From Chiloscyllium plagiosum (lineage: Eukaryota): 64,000 nt of DNA. Under the pieces are notes generated by a model. It ran no database searches. It had not been told where the DNA came from and saw only the letters and a program-made list of their open reading frames with translations. Position numbers and translations under genes: made by a program. Of this stretch, positions 23,619 through 35,602 are shown piece by piece. The first letter of the stretch is position 1, and each line of letters begins with the position of its first letter. Where the stretch lies: NCBI RefSeq assembly GCF_004010195.1, contig NC_057753.1, positions 2,271,285 to 2,335,284 on the forward strand, read 5' to 3'.

Positions 23619-25849
23619 AAATACATTTACAAATATATTAAGGACAAAAGGGTAACCAGGGAGAGAATAGGGCCCCTCTAAGATCAGCCAGGTGACTTTT
23701 GTGTGGAGCCGCAGAAATGAGGCAGATACTAAACGAGTATTTTGCATCAATGTTTACTGTTGGAAAGGATATGGAAGATATAGAATGTAGGGAAATAGAT
23801 GGTGACACCTTGCAAAATGTCCATATTCCAGGAAGTGGTGGAGGCTGGTACAATTACAACAGTTAAAAGGCATCTGGATGGGTATATGAATAGGAAGGGT
23901 TGAAAGGGATATGGGCCAAGTGCTGGCTAATTGGACTAGATTTATTTGGGATATCTGGTCAGAATGGACACGTTGGGCCGAAGGGTCTGTTTCCGTCTGT
24001 ACTTGATTTGGAGGTACATCCATGCACTGAATAAGAAAATTTTCTTGTCCGCACTTAACAAATTCAAGCCATTGACAAAATGGTATTTCCAGTCCATGTT
24101 TGGAAAATTGAAATCTCATAGCACTGCAACCCTAACTGTGGAGAAGGTTTTGCCTTCCTGAACTGCTGTAGTCGGTGTGGTGAAGGTACTCCTTGTGTTG
24201 TGTTGTGGCCTGTGATCAGAGGTGATATCTGAGTGAGTCTTGGCTTCACCCACTGCAAGGCCCTGACATCATTGCTGTTGTAAAATGTTAAAACCCTGGC
24301 TCAGTATTCTGAGGACAGCCTCACTAATGATTAACAAGTTCATTTAAAAGGAAGAACAGGCTCACAAGTTTAAACTTGTCCTTTCAATTAAAAGGTTTTG
24401 TGGAATCATACAACACTGAAATAGACCCTTCGGCCTAACCAGTCCATGTCGACCATAATCCCAGACTAAGCATCCCACCTGCCTGCTCTTGACCCATATC
24501 CATCCAAACATTTCTTATTCATGTACTTATCGAAATGTCTTTTAGACATTGTAACTGTAACCGGGTCCACCACTTTCTTTATAAGTTCGTCCTTCACACA
24601 AACCACTCGTGTGTTTTTAAAATGAACTTGTCTCTCTCACGTGGCTGAGAGACATTGAGGTGAACTGTTCTGACAGGACGAGTACTACTGGAAGGAGAAG
24701 TTTATTCTGAGTTTGAAACTCAAAACAGGCTCTTCTCTGCAGACAGGTTACCGTGGCAACACTGATAAGACATTCCATTGCACAGACTCATCTCATTGGA
24801 AATGCGAAACTGATCATTCGCCACAAGAGAAACTTCAATCCGACTGAATGAATGAATGAATAGATTAGATTCTGATCTGATGTTTAGATCTATAATTGTG
24901 AAACAGTCATAAATAACAGAACTGACAGCAGACAGGAGACAGCTTCAATGAGAACATGACTGAAGTAAAGGAACTGCTGGGAAGGAGACAATTATGTCGC
25001 TGTAAATCACAGTTTAGAGAAATTCTAGCAACCCTTTCCTTACTTCCTGCCAACACATCACAGAAATAACAATAGGACAGCCAGCAGCTCGAGCTGGATC
25101 ACTACAGTGTAGAAAAGTGAGGGAATACTGATGTAAGGGGATGGATGGGACTGGAGACCCCGGAGATCAAGCTGAGGATAGCCAAGGATCCATCCATCAG
25201 CTGACCTTGTGTAAGGGACTGGGGACCCACAGGAGTTGCATGTTTATTGTGATTGATGGGTCAGTCTAATGTACTGTCGAGGACAGAGAATCTGCTCGGC
25301 TTCCAGTTCTGAATAAGGTGTTTGAATTACTGATCCTGGAGTCTCAAACTTGGTAAGTAACAGGATTGGAGTTCAACTTGAATCTTGCATTTCCTTCCAG
25401 GATATTTGAAGGGTCAGATTTCCATCACGGAAGGATTTGAATCTCATTGGCTTCTGAATGTGAATGCAGAGAGGTTTGTAATTTTGGCTGAAAGAAAGAC
25501 TTCACCTTCTAAACCTGTAGTGTGTTGAGTATGTAGTAACTTTATCAGTTTATAAAATCCCACAGGCACTCAAATCTTGTGCAATTGAGTCTGATGTCAT
25601 TGCAATTGTTTACCACACAGATGGAGGCCATTCATCCAGTTACGTCTATGTTGGCGACTTGCATGGATAATCCATCTAGCGTCAAGCTCCCATTTCTTTC
25701 CCTGAAACTCATGAAAGATTTCTGTGGTAGATCATAATCCAATTCGCTGTTGGAACCCGCAGTTACATCTGCCTCTGTCACGCTTCATAGGCAGTGTGTT
25801 CCAGATCCAGTGCTCCCCATCCAGACCCTGCCCCCCCGTCCCTTTCACC

Positions 25850-25935
25850 CCGATTGGTTGGAGGACCACGCGCCCACACACGGTCCTCCGGTCCTACCCA
25901 CTCTCCCTATTGGGCCGGACCTGCCGTCAATCAGC
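25850..25935. promoter_or_regulatory. Candidate zinc-finger gene promoter: two CCAAT boxes plus a PBX/PREP-type decamer
   Basis: ATTGG at 25853-25857 and 25909-25913. The minus strand reads TGATTGACGG-N10-CCAAT. Locally CpG-rich. Confidence 0.5.
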
Positions 25936-27668
25936 CGAGCACCATTGTGCAACAGAGAGCATAGAAAGTGGAGATTTGGAACTTATCTTGCTCACAGAGT
26001 CATAGAGATGTACAGCACAGAAACAGATCTTGCTGCGTGAAAACTGACAATTCCTTCTGTCACTGGTAATGAAAACAATAAGCTATGATCTTTCCAACAA
26101 TTGCAACGGTTTTGCCCAATCTGTTGTGTACAGCCACCATATGATTTTGAAAATCTTGGTCAGATCTCCTGCCAATCGCGCGGGAGAGTAGCCCGGGTGT
26201 TTATCTACAAAACTGAAGTTCCTCTCTTCTCCGTTCTCATGAATCATGCCTGCAGTACCTGAACAGTTGCTGGAATCTGTATTGGAAACAAAAAAAGTGC
26301 TGGAGATCACAGCTGTCAGGCAGCATCCACTGAGGAAAAGCAAGTTAACACTTCGAGATGAGAAGACTCTTCATTAGAGCTGACATGAAGTGTGGAAGGG
26401 AGCAGCGTTTATGCAACACTGGGGATGCGGGGTGGCTGCAGGTAGAGGTGGCCACTTGGTGTGCTGAGGAGAAAGGTATCTCATGTGAACAATCAATATG
26501 CAGCGTTGTCTAGATTTGAAATGTTCGGTTGCTAAGGATGGAGTCTGACCCACTGTGACCTGCAGCGTTTCTGGTTTTCTGTGTCTTTCACAAAAGGAAA
26601 TTACCAGATTTGGATACTCTCGCTGTAGCTGAACCAGTGTTTGTTTGCGGTTTCACATCATGTTGGCGCATCTCAACTTATAATGCCCAGAATGGTACCT
26701 GCTTTATTAGCTATCCTCTGAATGAGTCCAGTCTCCTTCAATAATTTATGGATATTTTTAGCTTCCATCTCAGTAAACTATGAAGTCACCATTGCTATCA
26801 GAAGGTAGGGAAGCTGAAACTAAATAGGGAGGTTTGGTGAAACTCCTTTCACATTTGTTCATAAACTCTCTTCGCAGTCCGTCCTGGAGAACAGGGTGAC
26901 AACTGCTGTTCTGTGGTTAGCCAGGGTCTTTTAGATTAATGTTTCACCATAAGTCATGACTGAAGTGAATTATTTCACTATCTCTGGCTGTTATGAATTC
27001 GTCAAAAGGATTTGGAAAACATTCGACATATCAGATGGTAACAGATTGGAACTGCTGTTTGACCCCTCAAGACTCCTCTGCCATTCAAATAGAATCAGGG
27101 CTGAGCTGACAATCCTCTTATCTTCTTCCCTGCATTTTTACCACAACACTTGATCCCTCCAGTGATCGAGAATCTACTCAGCACTTCACTGGGATTTCAG
27201 CAAAGGGAGGAGGAAAAGGGGGGGGGAGTGTGGGCCGAGGGATTTATGGCTTTGGGGTGACATGGGAAAGAATGGTGATCTATAGAAACTGGAATTCTCT
27301 GAATTTCTATCCATTTCTAACAGTGATGAAATTTGTCAATTCCTTTTCCAGGATATCTAATGGGAAGGATTTCCGTCAGAGAAGGATTTGAATCTCATTG
27401 ACCTTTGAATGTGACAGGAGAAATGTTTGTATATTCCATCTGCAAGAAAGATGTCAAGCATCGATTTAACTGGAAACGCACAGAGACACACACACACTAT
27501 CGACACAGTATGTTCCGATGAACTGACCAAGATAAAAGTTTGAAACGGTTACACAGACTGAAAAAGGAAATCACACTGATCACAGCAGGGATAAACTGTA
27601 CGTGTGTTTTCTGTGTGTGATTATCCAACCAATCATCCAACCTTTGGAATCACAATAGCAGCCACATC

Positions 27669-28433
27669 ATGGAGAAACCATTGGAATGTGAGGACTGTGG
27701 GAAGAGATTCAGATGCCAGTCTGAACTGCAAGTTCATCAACGCAACCACACCGGGGAGAAACCATTCACCTGCTCAGTGTGTGGAAAGGGGTTCACTGCC
27801 TCATCCAAACTTGGGATCCATCAGCAAGTTCACTCTGAGGAGAGACCATTTAAATGCACCGAGTGTGGGAAGCAGTTTAAAAGTGCGAGGTTGCTGGTGT
27901 GTCATAAAACTGTCCACACCAGCGAGAGACCATTCAGCTGCTCTGACTGTGAGATGCGGTTCAAGTGCTCATCGAACCTGAGCAGACACCGGCGGGTTCA
28001 CACTGGGGAGAGGCCATTCACCTGCAGCACGTGTGGGATAGGATTCCCTCGGTCATCTCACCTGCTGAAACACCAACAAGTTCACACCAAGCAGAGACCT
28101 TTTACATGTTCAAGTTGTAAGAAGAGCTTCAAAACCAACAACGGGCTTGAGCTACATAAGCTGACTCATGCCCAGAAAAGACCATTCATTTGCTCAGTGT
28201 GTGGGAAGGGGTTTACTCAGTCAACCCACCTGCTCACACACCAGCGGGTTCACAGTGACGAGAGACCTTTTAAATGCCCAGACTGTGGGAAGTGCTATAA
28301 AAGTGCTGGTGTCCTCATGTCCCATCAACAAATTCACACTGAGGAGAAACCATTCAGGTGCTCTCGCTGTGGGATTGGGTACAAGAGATCAGGTCACCTG
28401 CACAAACACCAGCAACTTCACACTGGGGAATGA
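27669..28433 (+). CDS. C2H2 zinc-finger protein, 9 tandem fingers (254 aa), no effector domain seen
   Basis: Nine CxxC-12-HxxxH units with TGEKP-like linkers. Likely splice acceptor ttttccag at 27351. Confidence 0.9.
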   Translation: MEKPLECEDCGKRFRCQSELQVHQRNHTGEKPFTCSVCGKGFTASSKLGIHQQVHSEERPFKCTECGKQFKSARLLVCHKTVHTSERPFSCSDCEMRFKCSSNLSRHRRVHTGERPFTCSTCGIGFPRSSHLLKHQQVHTKQRPFTCSSCKKSFKTNNGLELHKLTHAQKRPFICSVCGKGFTQSTHLLTHQRVHSDERPFKCPDCGKCYKSAGVLMSHQQIHTEEKPFRCSRCGIGYKRSGHLHKHQQLHTGE

Positions 28434-28760
28434 CCGTTTAGCTGCTCTGAGAGCTTTTCTTGTCCATCCAACTTGCGGTCACACAAGAACCTTCCCGATT
28501 TGGTGTGGGACACTTTATAAATGTTCTCAATGTGAGAGGAGTTTTAAAAAGCAAGCAGACTTTGCTGAGACACCAGCGAGTTCACACTCACGAGAGACGC
28601 TTGAAATGCCTAGTCTGTGGGAAATGCTTTAAGATGTCCTGTGACCTGATGCCGCATCAATGTTTTTGCATTGAGAAGGAACCATCCAAGTGTTCTAGCT
28701 GTGAGACTGGCTTCAAATGCTAACCTGACTGAATGGGGCACCAGCGAGTTGACACTCTGC
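28434..28760 (+). pseudogene. Decayed zinc fingers downstream of the stop codon
   Basis: TGE*PFSC..., YKCSQCERSF, LLRHQRVHTHERRLKCLVCGKCF, KCSSCETGF in shifting frames. Confidence 0.8.
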
Positions 28761-31349
28761 AGGGCTTGGATTGGAGGTCACGGCTGCAGTTGTCCATTCT
28801 CACGTTCTGAGGCCCTGCTCGCTCTTTCACTGGTTTCATGCTGTAAAATTGGTATTTCCTTTTTTGATCAACCTGTTTGGGCACATCCTAACACACCTCA
28901 GCACAGGCAGAATTTCAATGCAGATCTTCTGCTTCCAAGGTAGGGACAGTTCCTCTGCACCTCCAGAGCCTGTTGGCTTGCTGTAAGATTATGAGGTCAC
29001 TAAAAGGATGGAAATCACTATTTAACTTGATGCTTGGTTGTTTCCGCTTAACTTCATCAGCAATGCACCTTTGTATCTTCGAGCGGGAAAACTTACAAAA
29101 TAAGGAACTGTACAGGAACAGTACGAAGGTCAGGCATCCTGGGAGTTCGTCAAGTTTTCAAAAACTTCCTGCAGGTCAGAGGTAACGAAAATGTGGAACG
29201 TTTTATGAAAACTCAAACTCAAACCGAGACGTCAATGGAAAGAATGTGAACAAGGTGCGATGAGGCCTTGAGATGAGGAAAGCAGGATAACGGTGAAGGT
29301 GCAGATCACTGCATGATGCTGGGAGGTGAAAGTCACTCGCATGAACTGCGTCTTGCCAGAGTTCATCAGATAAGGACCAGGAGAAAATACAGCCCCCTTG
29401 GAAAAGGCTGTTCTGCCGATAAGCAGAATTCCTGATTTCTCTTTTTCTTTAAAAAAAAAACGCTCAAACACATTCTCACTTTTCACTGAAACCTGGAGTA
29501 CTTGAATTTTTTACAGGTCAGTCTCCATGATTGACATTTTGAGCAATATCTAAAAAGGCAGGGATTAGAGGGATACAAGCTGCGGAGAGGCAACAGGTTT
29601 GTACTTTGGGAAGGCATCATGAGTCGGCACAGGTTTGGTGGGTGCAATGGCCTGTTGCTGTTCTGTACTGGGTTTTCTTTGTTATGAGCACCAAGGACTC
29701 ACCTGGTCCTCACTTTTTGTCATACCAATAAACACCCATCTGACAGGATATTTGTCCATGGAATAGTGTTTCTCTGGGACCAGGTCAAACTGGTCCTAAC
29801 ATTCCAATTTGGATCTTGAACATCAACTGTAAGGGCCACATAGATGGAGCGTCATGATCGCATGCTTTTCATCCCAATTTTAAGTACTCCACCATTCATA
29901 GCGATACTGTCAGCTGCCTGGAGCCCAAGTTCTGGGATTTCCACCTTGCAATTCACTTTCCTCCTTTTTTTGCATTCCTTGTTACCCACGTCCTTATCTA
30001 AGATTTTGGTAACCTGGCCTGATATATCCCATAGAACCTGTGGAACCCCTAGGACACTTTACTACGTGAAGATCTCTGTAGGAATGTAAGTTGTGTTGTT
30101 CAGTCAAAGCTGATCCGTGAGCGAGTGGAGTCTGTAGAAATGTCACTCAGACACCACTTGTTCGAATAGACCTGGGGAGGAGAAGTTCTGAACTCGCCAC
30201 TGGGCATCCTGTTCCCCAAAAGAATGAGAAGATAATTCTTCCCGCACATTTGATATTACTAACTAAAGTAACTAAGGCGATTTATTGTGTCTGAGATGCA
30301 TTATTTGTTCAAATTGGATTTACAGACCGTCAAGTCATAAGCAGTGTTCCCAAAGACCTTTTTTTATGTGTAAGTCATATTTCCAGCAATTGTTCTGACC
30401 GTAGTTTCTTTTACTATTTTATTTTTTTCCCTGAAAGTTGATTTGCTTTTAAATGTGGAGTTGCTAGTGCATTGACCCTTGTGTGCATTGCTAGACAATG
30501 AATAACATCACATCGGGGCGGGGGTGGGGGTGGAGGTGGAGGTGAATTGCTCAGTCAGTGAGTGCAAGTCTTTACCGCGGAAAGATGGCAAGGACAGGGG
30601 AGGGGGCATGTGGGTATTCCAAGATGAGAGAGGCAGATTTTAATCAGGAAGGGGAAATCCCAGATTACTGGGGCAAAGGCAGGAAGGTGGGAGCTGTGAC
30701 CCCTCAAGGGGCCTGTCAGAGTTGGGCAAGTGCCTGAAAAGCACAGTAGCCCCAGGGATGACCGCTGCCCAGGAATGTGTGCCCTCTGCTGTTTTTTAAG
30801 GGAGTTAGGGTGGGGAAGGGCTGAAGTGATTTTGGGGGGGTGGTCAGCTCAGTGTTTCATAAGTGAGTCTGTACACATCTACCTCAGGTAGACACAGCTT
30901 GTTAGGATAGACCCGGGGAAGAGGAAGCTCTGAACTAACCTGAAGAGTTTCTCTTCTCCACCTGAAGGGAACAGCTGACTCTTTTCAACCCTCTGACACT
31001 GTGATCCAAAGTAATGAAAGCTGATGTGTTGTTGTGAGCTAGTTTATTTGACAGGGTTGGAATTGTAAGCTCACAGCAGGCAATCACCATCTTCTGCAAT
31101 TTTGTTTTATTTAATGTACATTTATATTTTGCTGCTTATTTCCATGTTAAACCTGTGTTGAACACTTATCTTGTGAATGTTGATTGAAACCAAAGTGACT
31201 GCTTTGCTTCTGTGGAGTGAGGCTGAAGATACCAGAACTCCGACCCAAACTTTCCATTTGGGCTGTACTGAACTCAGCCGTTCAGGTGGAGTGACTCTGA
31301 GGAAACTGATTATCAAATAAGGTCTGTGGCTGGAATGGGGTGATCAGAC

Positions 31350-32120
31350 TATTATACGGTCAAACTGTTTGGGCTAAGATCGGGTAAAAGAACAAACCGT
31401 TCCCAAACATGGAAGGTGGATGAAGTCGTACAGTGGACAGAGCCCAAAACACAAGTAGCCTGAGGAGACCCCGAGATCAGCGACAATTCTGAAAACCAGC
31501 CATCATGAAGAAGTGAGGGAAGCCCAGGTCAGAAGATGTCTCGGTGTCTTGGCGACCAGTACAAACCTGGCCAGCTGAGGCTGTCCTGTGTTGCCATGGA
31601 TTCAGAGCGTCCGGAGGGAAATGGTTAGGATATCTTGAAATTGCGTTATGGTATTTATATAAAGTAGTAATCATAAATAAAGTTATACTTGTTAAAGAGC
31701 TCTAAGAGACTCAGTTGTTCTCTGTGCACCAAGTGTTGTCTTTCAGACATGGACAACAGAGTTTGGCGCCCCTAGGTGGGCTTGCTAGGAAATGCAGAAA
31801 TCAGTAGCAATGGGATATCTGTTGGAAGATTAAACAGGCAGCCAGCAGCAACAAAAGGAGGCAAACTGGTTTAGAGAGAAAATGACTGATGGAGAAGGTC
31901 GACAGTTTACAAAATCAGAGAGGTGTATGAACTAATATCAATGTGGTGTGAAAAGCAGATGAAAGAACTGGAGAGAAGTGAAAACTAAAAGGGGCTAATG
32001 TGCAGACAGAAGACTGAGGAAACAGTGCAGCGATTTCAAAATGGCTATTACAGTAGTGCGTAAGTCAGCGCAGGAGTGAAAGGGTGCCTGGGGCAATCAG
32101 TGTAAGTGTATATGTCAGAC
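31350..32120 (+). mobile_element. LTR plus primer-binding site and decayed leader/gag-like sequence
   Basis: TATA-like motif at ~31655, AATAAA at ~31676, end CAACA at 31758, then TGGCGCCC at 31764 (tRNA-Lys-like PBS start). Confidence 0.5.
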
Positions 32121-32459
32121 AGACTCTTTCATGAGTGAGATATCACCACAAAGAAGAATAATGTGTGTGTTTGGCACCCTGACGTCCATTTGAGGAAGGA
32201 TGGGATGAGGCCGCTGGTGTAGCCTGGGGCAGTGGGCCATTGGCTGATAAGACCGCCCGGTGTGGGGAGGAGTAGTATGAGTGAAGGCAGCCGCTGAAAA
32301 CGGGGTCTGTTGCTCAGCCCTGCTTTGTTGCCATCTGCTGTGCAAATTTAAAATTGAACTAAAAATATGGCAGTGTGTGTAATAGGATCTTGCCGCTATT
32401 GTACTGTATGTGTGAAGGAAAACTTGTGTATTTCTTATATGGACCCATATACATAATTA

Positions 32460-34120
32460 ACAGTTTACCCTGGTTCTACCCATTTCTGTTTTTGAATTAC
32501 TGTTTATGCACGCGTTAGTGGATTGTTTTAAGCGATTGTCAGAAACAAATGCAGGGCATCAATGTTACCTTTCGGTTATGGACATGATAACCCAATTGCC
32601 AGATATTCCTTTAAATGTGATTACAATTAGCACAGTATTGGAAACGTCAACACTGGTTTTTACTTACATAAACTGCAAATGAAGTGTGTTCAAATCAGCG
32701 ATGTGTTCCTGGAAATTATTACCATTTTGGGCATAAAATGTTTGAAATCCAGTGGGCAGCACAGCGGTTAGCACTGCTGCCTCACAGCGCCAGAGACCCG
32801 GGTTCAATTCCCGCCTAAGGTGACTGACAATGTGGAGTTTGGACATTCTCCCCGTATTTGTGTGGGTTTCCTCCGGGTGCTCCGGTTTCCTCCCACAGTC
32901 CAAAGATGTGCAGGTTAGGTGAATTGGCCATGCTAAATTGCCCATAGTGTTAGGTGCAGGGGTAAATATAGGGGAATGGGTCTGGGTGAGTTGCGCTTCA
33001 GCGGGTCAGTGTGGACTTGTTGGGCTGAAGGGCCTGTTTCCACACTGTAAGTAAGTAATCACTGTGGATCAGAGACAAATACAGAGAACTTTGGAGAGGT
33101 CTCGATTAAGGCACAATGTGACGGATACCCCAAAGGATCACGACAAGGATTAGATTTTCTTTTCATTCGTTACCATAAATTCTCCAAATTTATCCGTTCA
33201 ATTAGTTTTTTAGTCATGTGAGTAGTGGCCCACTTAATTTGGTAAGGAAGAAATTACTGAATGATAATAATGCATCCTCAATGTTAGGGTGAAGAGTCCA
33301 TGCTTCTGGAAAGATTGATCTTAGCATGCACAAACGCAGAGGAACATTCAAAATTCTCATTGACACGACGAAAGTGTGCAGATAACCATTCAGCCCTAGT
33401 TTTGCGATGGAAAATGAAGTGCTAATACTGTCGTCATCATTACGTAAAGCCATCAAAGTGAATATACGTGGTCTGTATACAGTTGGTAGAACAGTTAGTG
33501 ACGTGACTTATTTAATGGGTACCTCTGATCACCGGGGGAAAATCAGTTATGTTACTCAAATGGGCAGAAAACATTTTGTTTTCATATGGAAAAGAATGAC
33601 AAGAACCAAGTATGTCAGGTGGTAACAGTCGTGAAAAATGATAGAGATGATGTGAGTGATGTGGAATGAGCTAGACTGTTCTCAGAGTGAACTTGCTACA
33701 GGTTCACCAGCTAACACAGTAATTCGAGGGCAGTTAAATAGTGTGGCCGCATATCTAGAGAAAGGACAATAAGGGGAGTGTTTAAGATTACTGAGAATAT
33801 ATAAAATAATCTGTAGATGTACAGCTGCATATGTTATATTAGCTAAATGTTTTGTGGATGTATCATTGTCAGAATTAATTAAACAATCATCATTATTGGT
33901 TCAGGCCAGAAATACAAACGCAGGTGAAAATACAATTTCTGTATACGGGGAAGTAACCAATAACATTGATGAGTGCAGAGCAACAGACTTGATAGTGGAG
34001 TGTCGTTTTTCGAACTGGAGAACTGTGACCAGCGGGGTGTTCCACAAGATTCGTTTCGAGAATAACATCAAGATTGGTGGTGGACAGTGAAGATGATCTA
34101 AGATTACGAAGAGATCTTGA
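32460..34120 (+). repeat. Diverged direct segmental duplicate of 43610-45055
   Basis: Shared tgtcagaaacaaa...ggacatgataac, ggcccacttaatttg, gatggaaaatgaagtg and accagctaaca, plus an adjoining CR1 fragment. Confidence 0.8.
32753..33060 (+). mobile_element. HE1-like SINE
   Basis: gggcagcacagcggttagcactg...ggttcaattccc head and (taag)n tail. Absent from the paralogous segment. Confidence 0.9.
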
Positions 34121-34550
34121 TCAATTCAGTCAATGGGCTGAAGCGTGGCAGATGGAGCTTAATTTGGATAAATGTGATGTACTACATTTTGAAAAACAAA
34201 GATAAGACCTATTCAAGTAGAGATGTGACCTTGGGCAGTGTTGTAGAACAGACTTACCTAGAGTTTCAGGTACATAATTCGTCGAAGTTAGTATCATATA
34301 TAGACACGATGGTCAGAAGACATTTAGCACGCTTGCCGTTGTAACTCCGAGTTTTGAATATAGGAGTCAGGACATTATGTTAAGGATGTATAGGAGGTTA
34401 GTGAGGCCTCTTCTGGAATTTCCAGTTCTGCTCTTTCTGTTATAAGAAGGATATTATTCAGCTAGTGAGGGTTCAGATGCGATTTACCAGGATGTTTCCA
34501 GGAATGTAGGATTTGCATTATAAAGACAAGATGGACAGGCCTTGATATTT
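33945..34550 (+). mobile_element. Old CR1 RT fragment
   Basis: FSNWRTVTSGV, KIGG and downstream CR1 C-terminal similarity. Heavily decayed. Confidence 0.65.
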
Positions 34551-34759
34551 TTGTTTTAAAGCTGCTCATTTCTTTCAGTCTCCAACAATATATTTCCAAT
34601 GTCGTGTATCAGAAGGAGCAGCGAATGAAATGCTAGTATCATTAGAAATGCTTCATTTTTAGGACTGCAGATACTGCATTGTTTCATGAGCATTGCAAAG
34701 TTTACTGGCAGCAGAGGGAGGTGTGGGCTGTGTACACTAGAAACAATTCAAACAACAAC

Positions 34760-35602
34760 AGGTTGTAGTCCAACAGGTTTATTTGGAAGTACTAGCTTTC
34801 CAAGCACTGTTCTTTCATTGTGTAGCTTTAGTACAGGATCATAAGACACAGAACTTATAGCAAAAGATTACAGTGTTATGTAAGTGAAATGATATGTTGA
34901 ACAAACCTAACTTACTGTTAAATATTTCATCTTTTCGAAGGGGTTGCAGGTTTCGGTTCATTAATTTGTAAATCAAAGGACTTATTTTAAGTCACATTCT
35001 CAACATAACTTAAGATTTTGTTAAAAAATTTTACATCTCAGCTCAGACAATGCATGAAAGACGTTAGGTTAGAGTCTGCCTGTGTCCCAGTCTTGAGTCA
35101 GACTGGTTCTGTTTCCCAAGTAGAATTTTTAAAAATATTACATGGACTGACAGCTTGCAGGTTGTGTACTTTTTGAGCAAAATAGAATGTATCTGCAAAT
35201 ATAATTCTGCAAATGCAAATTCACCCCATAGACTTATGTGTGTGTGTGTGCATGTGCGTGCATGCGTGTGCATGTGTAAGTGCATGAGAGAGTGTGTGTG
35301 TGTGAGTTTTCACGCATGTATGTGTATGTAAAGAGTGTGTGTAAAGTGTGTACATGTGTGATGAAGAATAAGCCTTTGAGAGGGTGTGTGGATGTGGGGG
35401 TGGATGCATGTACTTGTATCCGAGAGTGACCGTGTTATGAGAGAGGGTCTGTATGCGAATGTAAGTGCGCTTGTGTATGTGTGCATGTGAGAGAGTGTAT
35501 ATAGTGTAGTGGGGCCACCTGTAATGTGACATGAACCAAAGATCCCAGTTGAGGCCTTCGTCATGGATTCCAAACTTGGCTATCAGCCTCTGCTAGGCCA
35601 CT
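34760..35602 (-). mobile_element. Penelope-like element 3' end with (CA)n-rich tract
   Basis: The minus strand encodes QRLIAKFGIHDEGLNWDLWFMSHY (GIY-YIG C-terminus-like). TG-rich microsatellite at 35237-35500. 34760-34900 matches the hairpin arms. Confidence 0.7.

Larger units (their letters stand above)
21041..23829 (-). mobile_element. CR1 insertion with inverted 5' segment
   Basis: Minus-strand RT and 3' end at 21041-~23035 (ORF 22199-22855 has QGSVLGP, YINDLD, FADGTK). The upstream ORF2 segment is on the plus strand at ~23040-23829. TSD AGGAAGT. Confidence 0.8.
20680..24005 (+). mobile_element. Host CR1 3' end (20680-21040 + 23830-24005) interrupted by a nested CR1
   Basis: gctgccagaggaagt|ggtggaggctggtacaatt is rejoined across the insertion. 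Confidence 0.75.

Noticed and set aside
26285..26580. Possible third PLE hairpin family with a hammerhead
   Set aside because: The core is too degenerate (CTAATGA, GAAG) to call.
30513..30545. G-run cluster (possible G-quadruplex)
   Set aside because: Low-complexity tract with no supporting context.
35221..35573. His/Thr-rich ORFs
   Set aside because: They are translations of a (CA)n-rich microsatellite.
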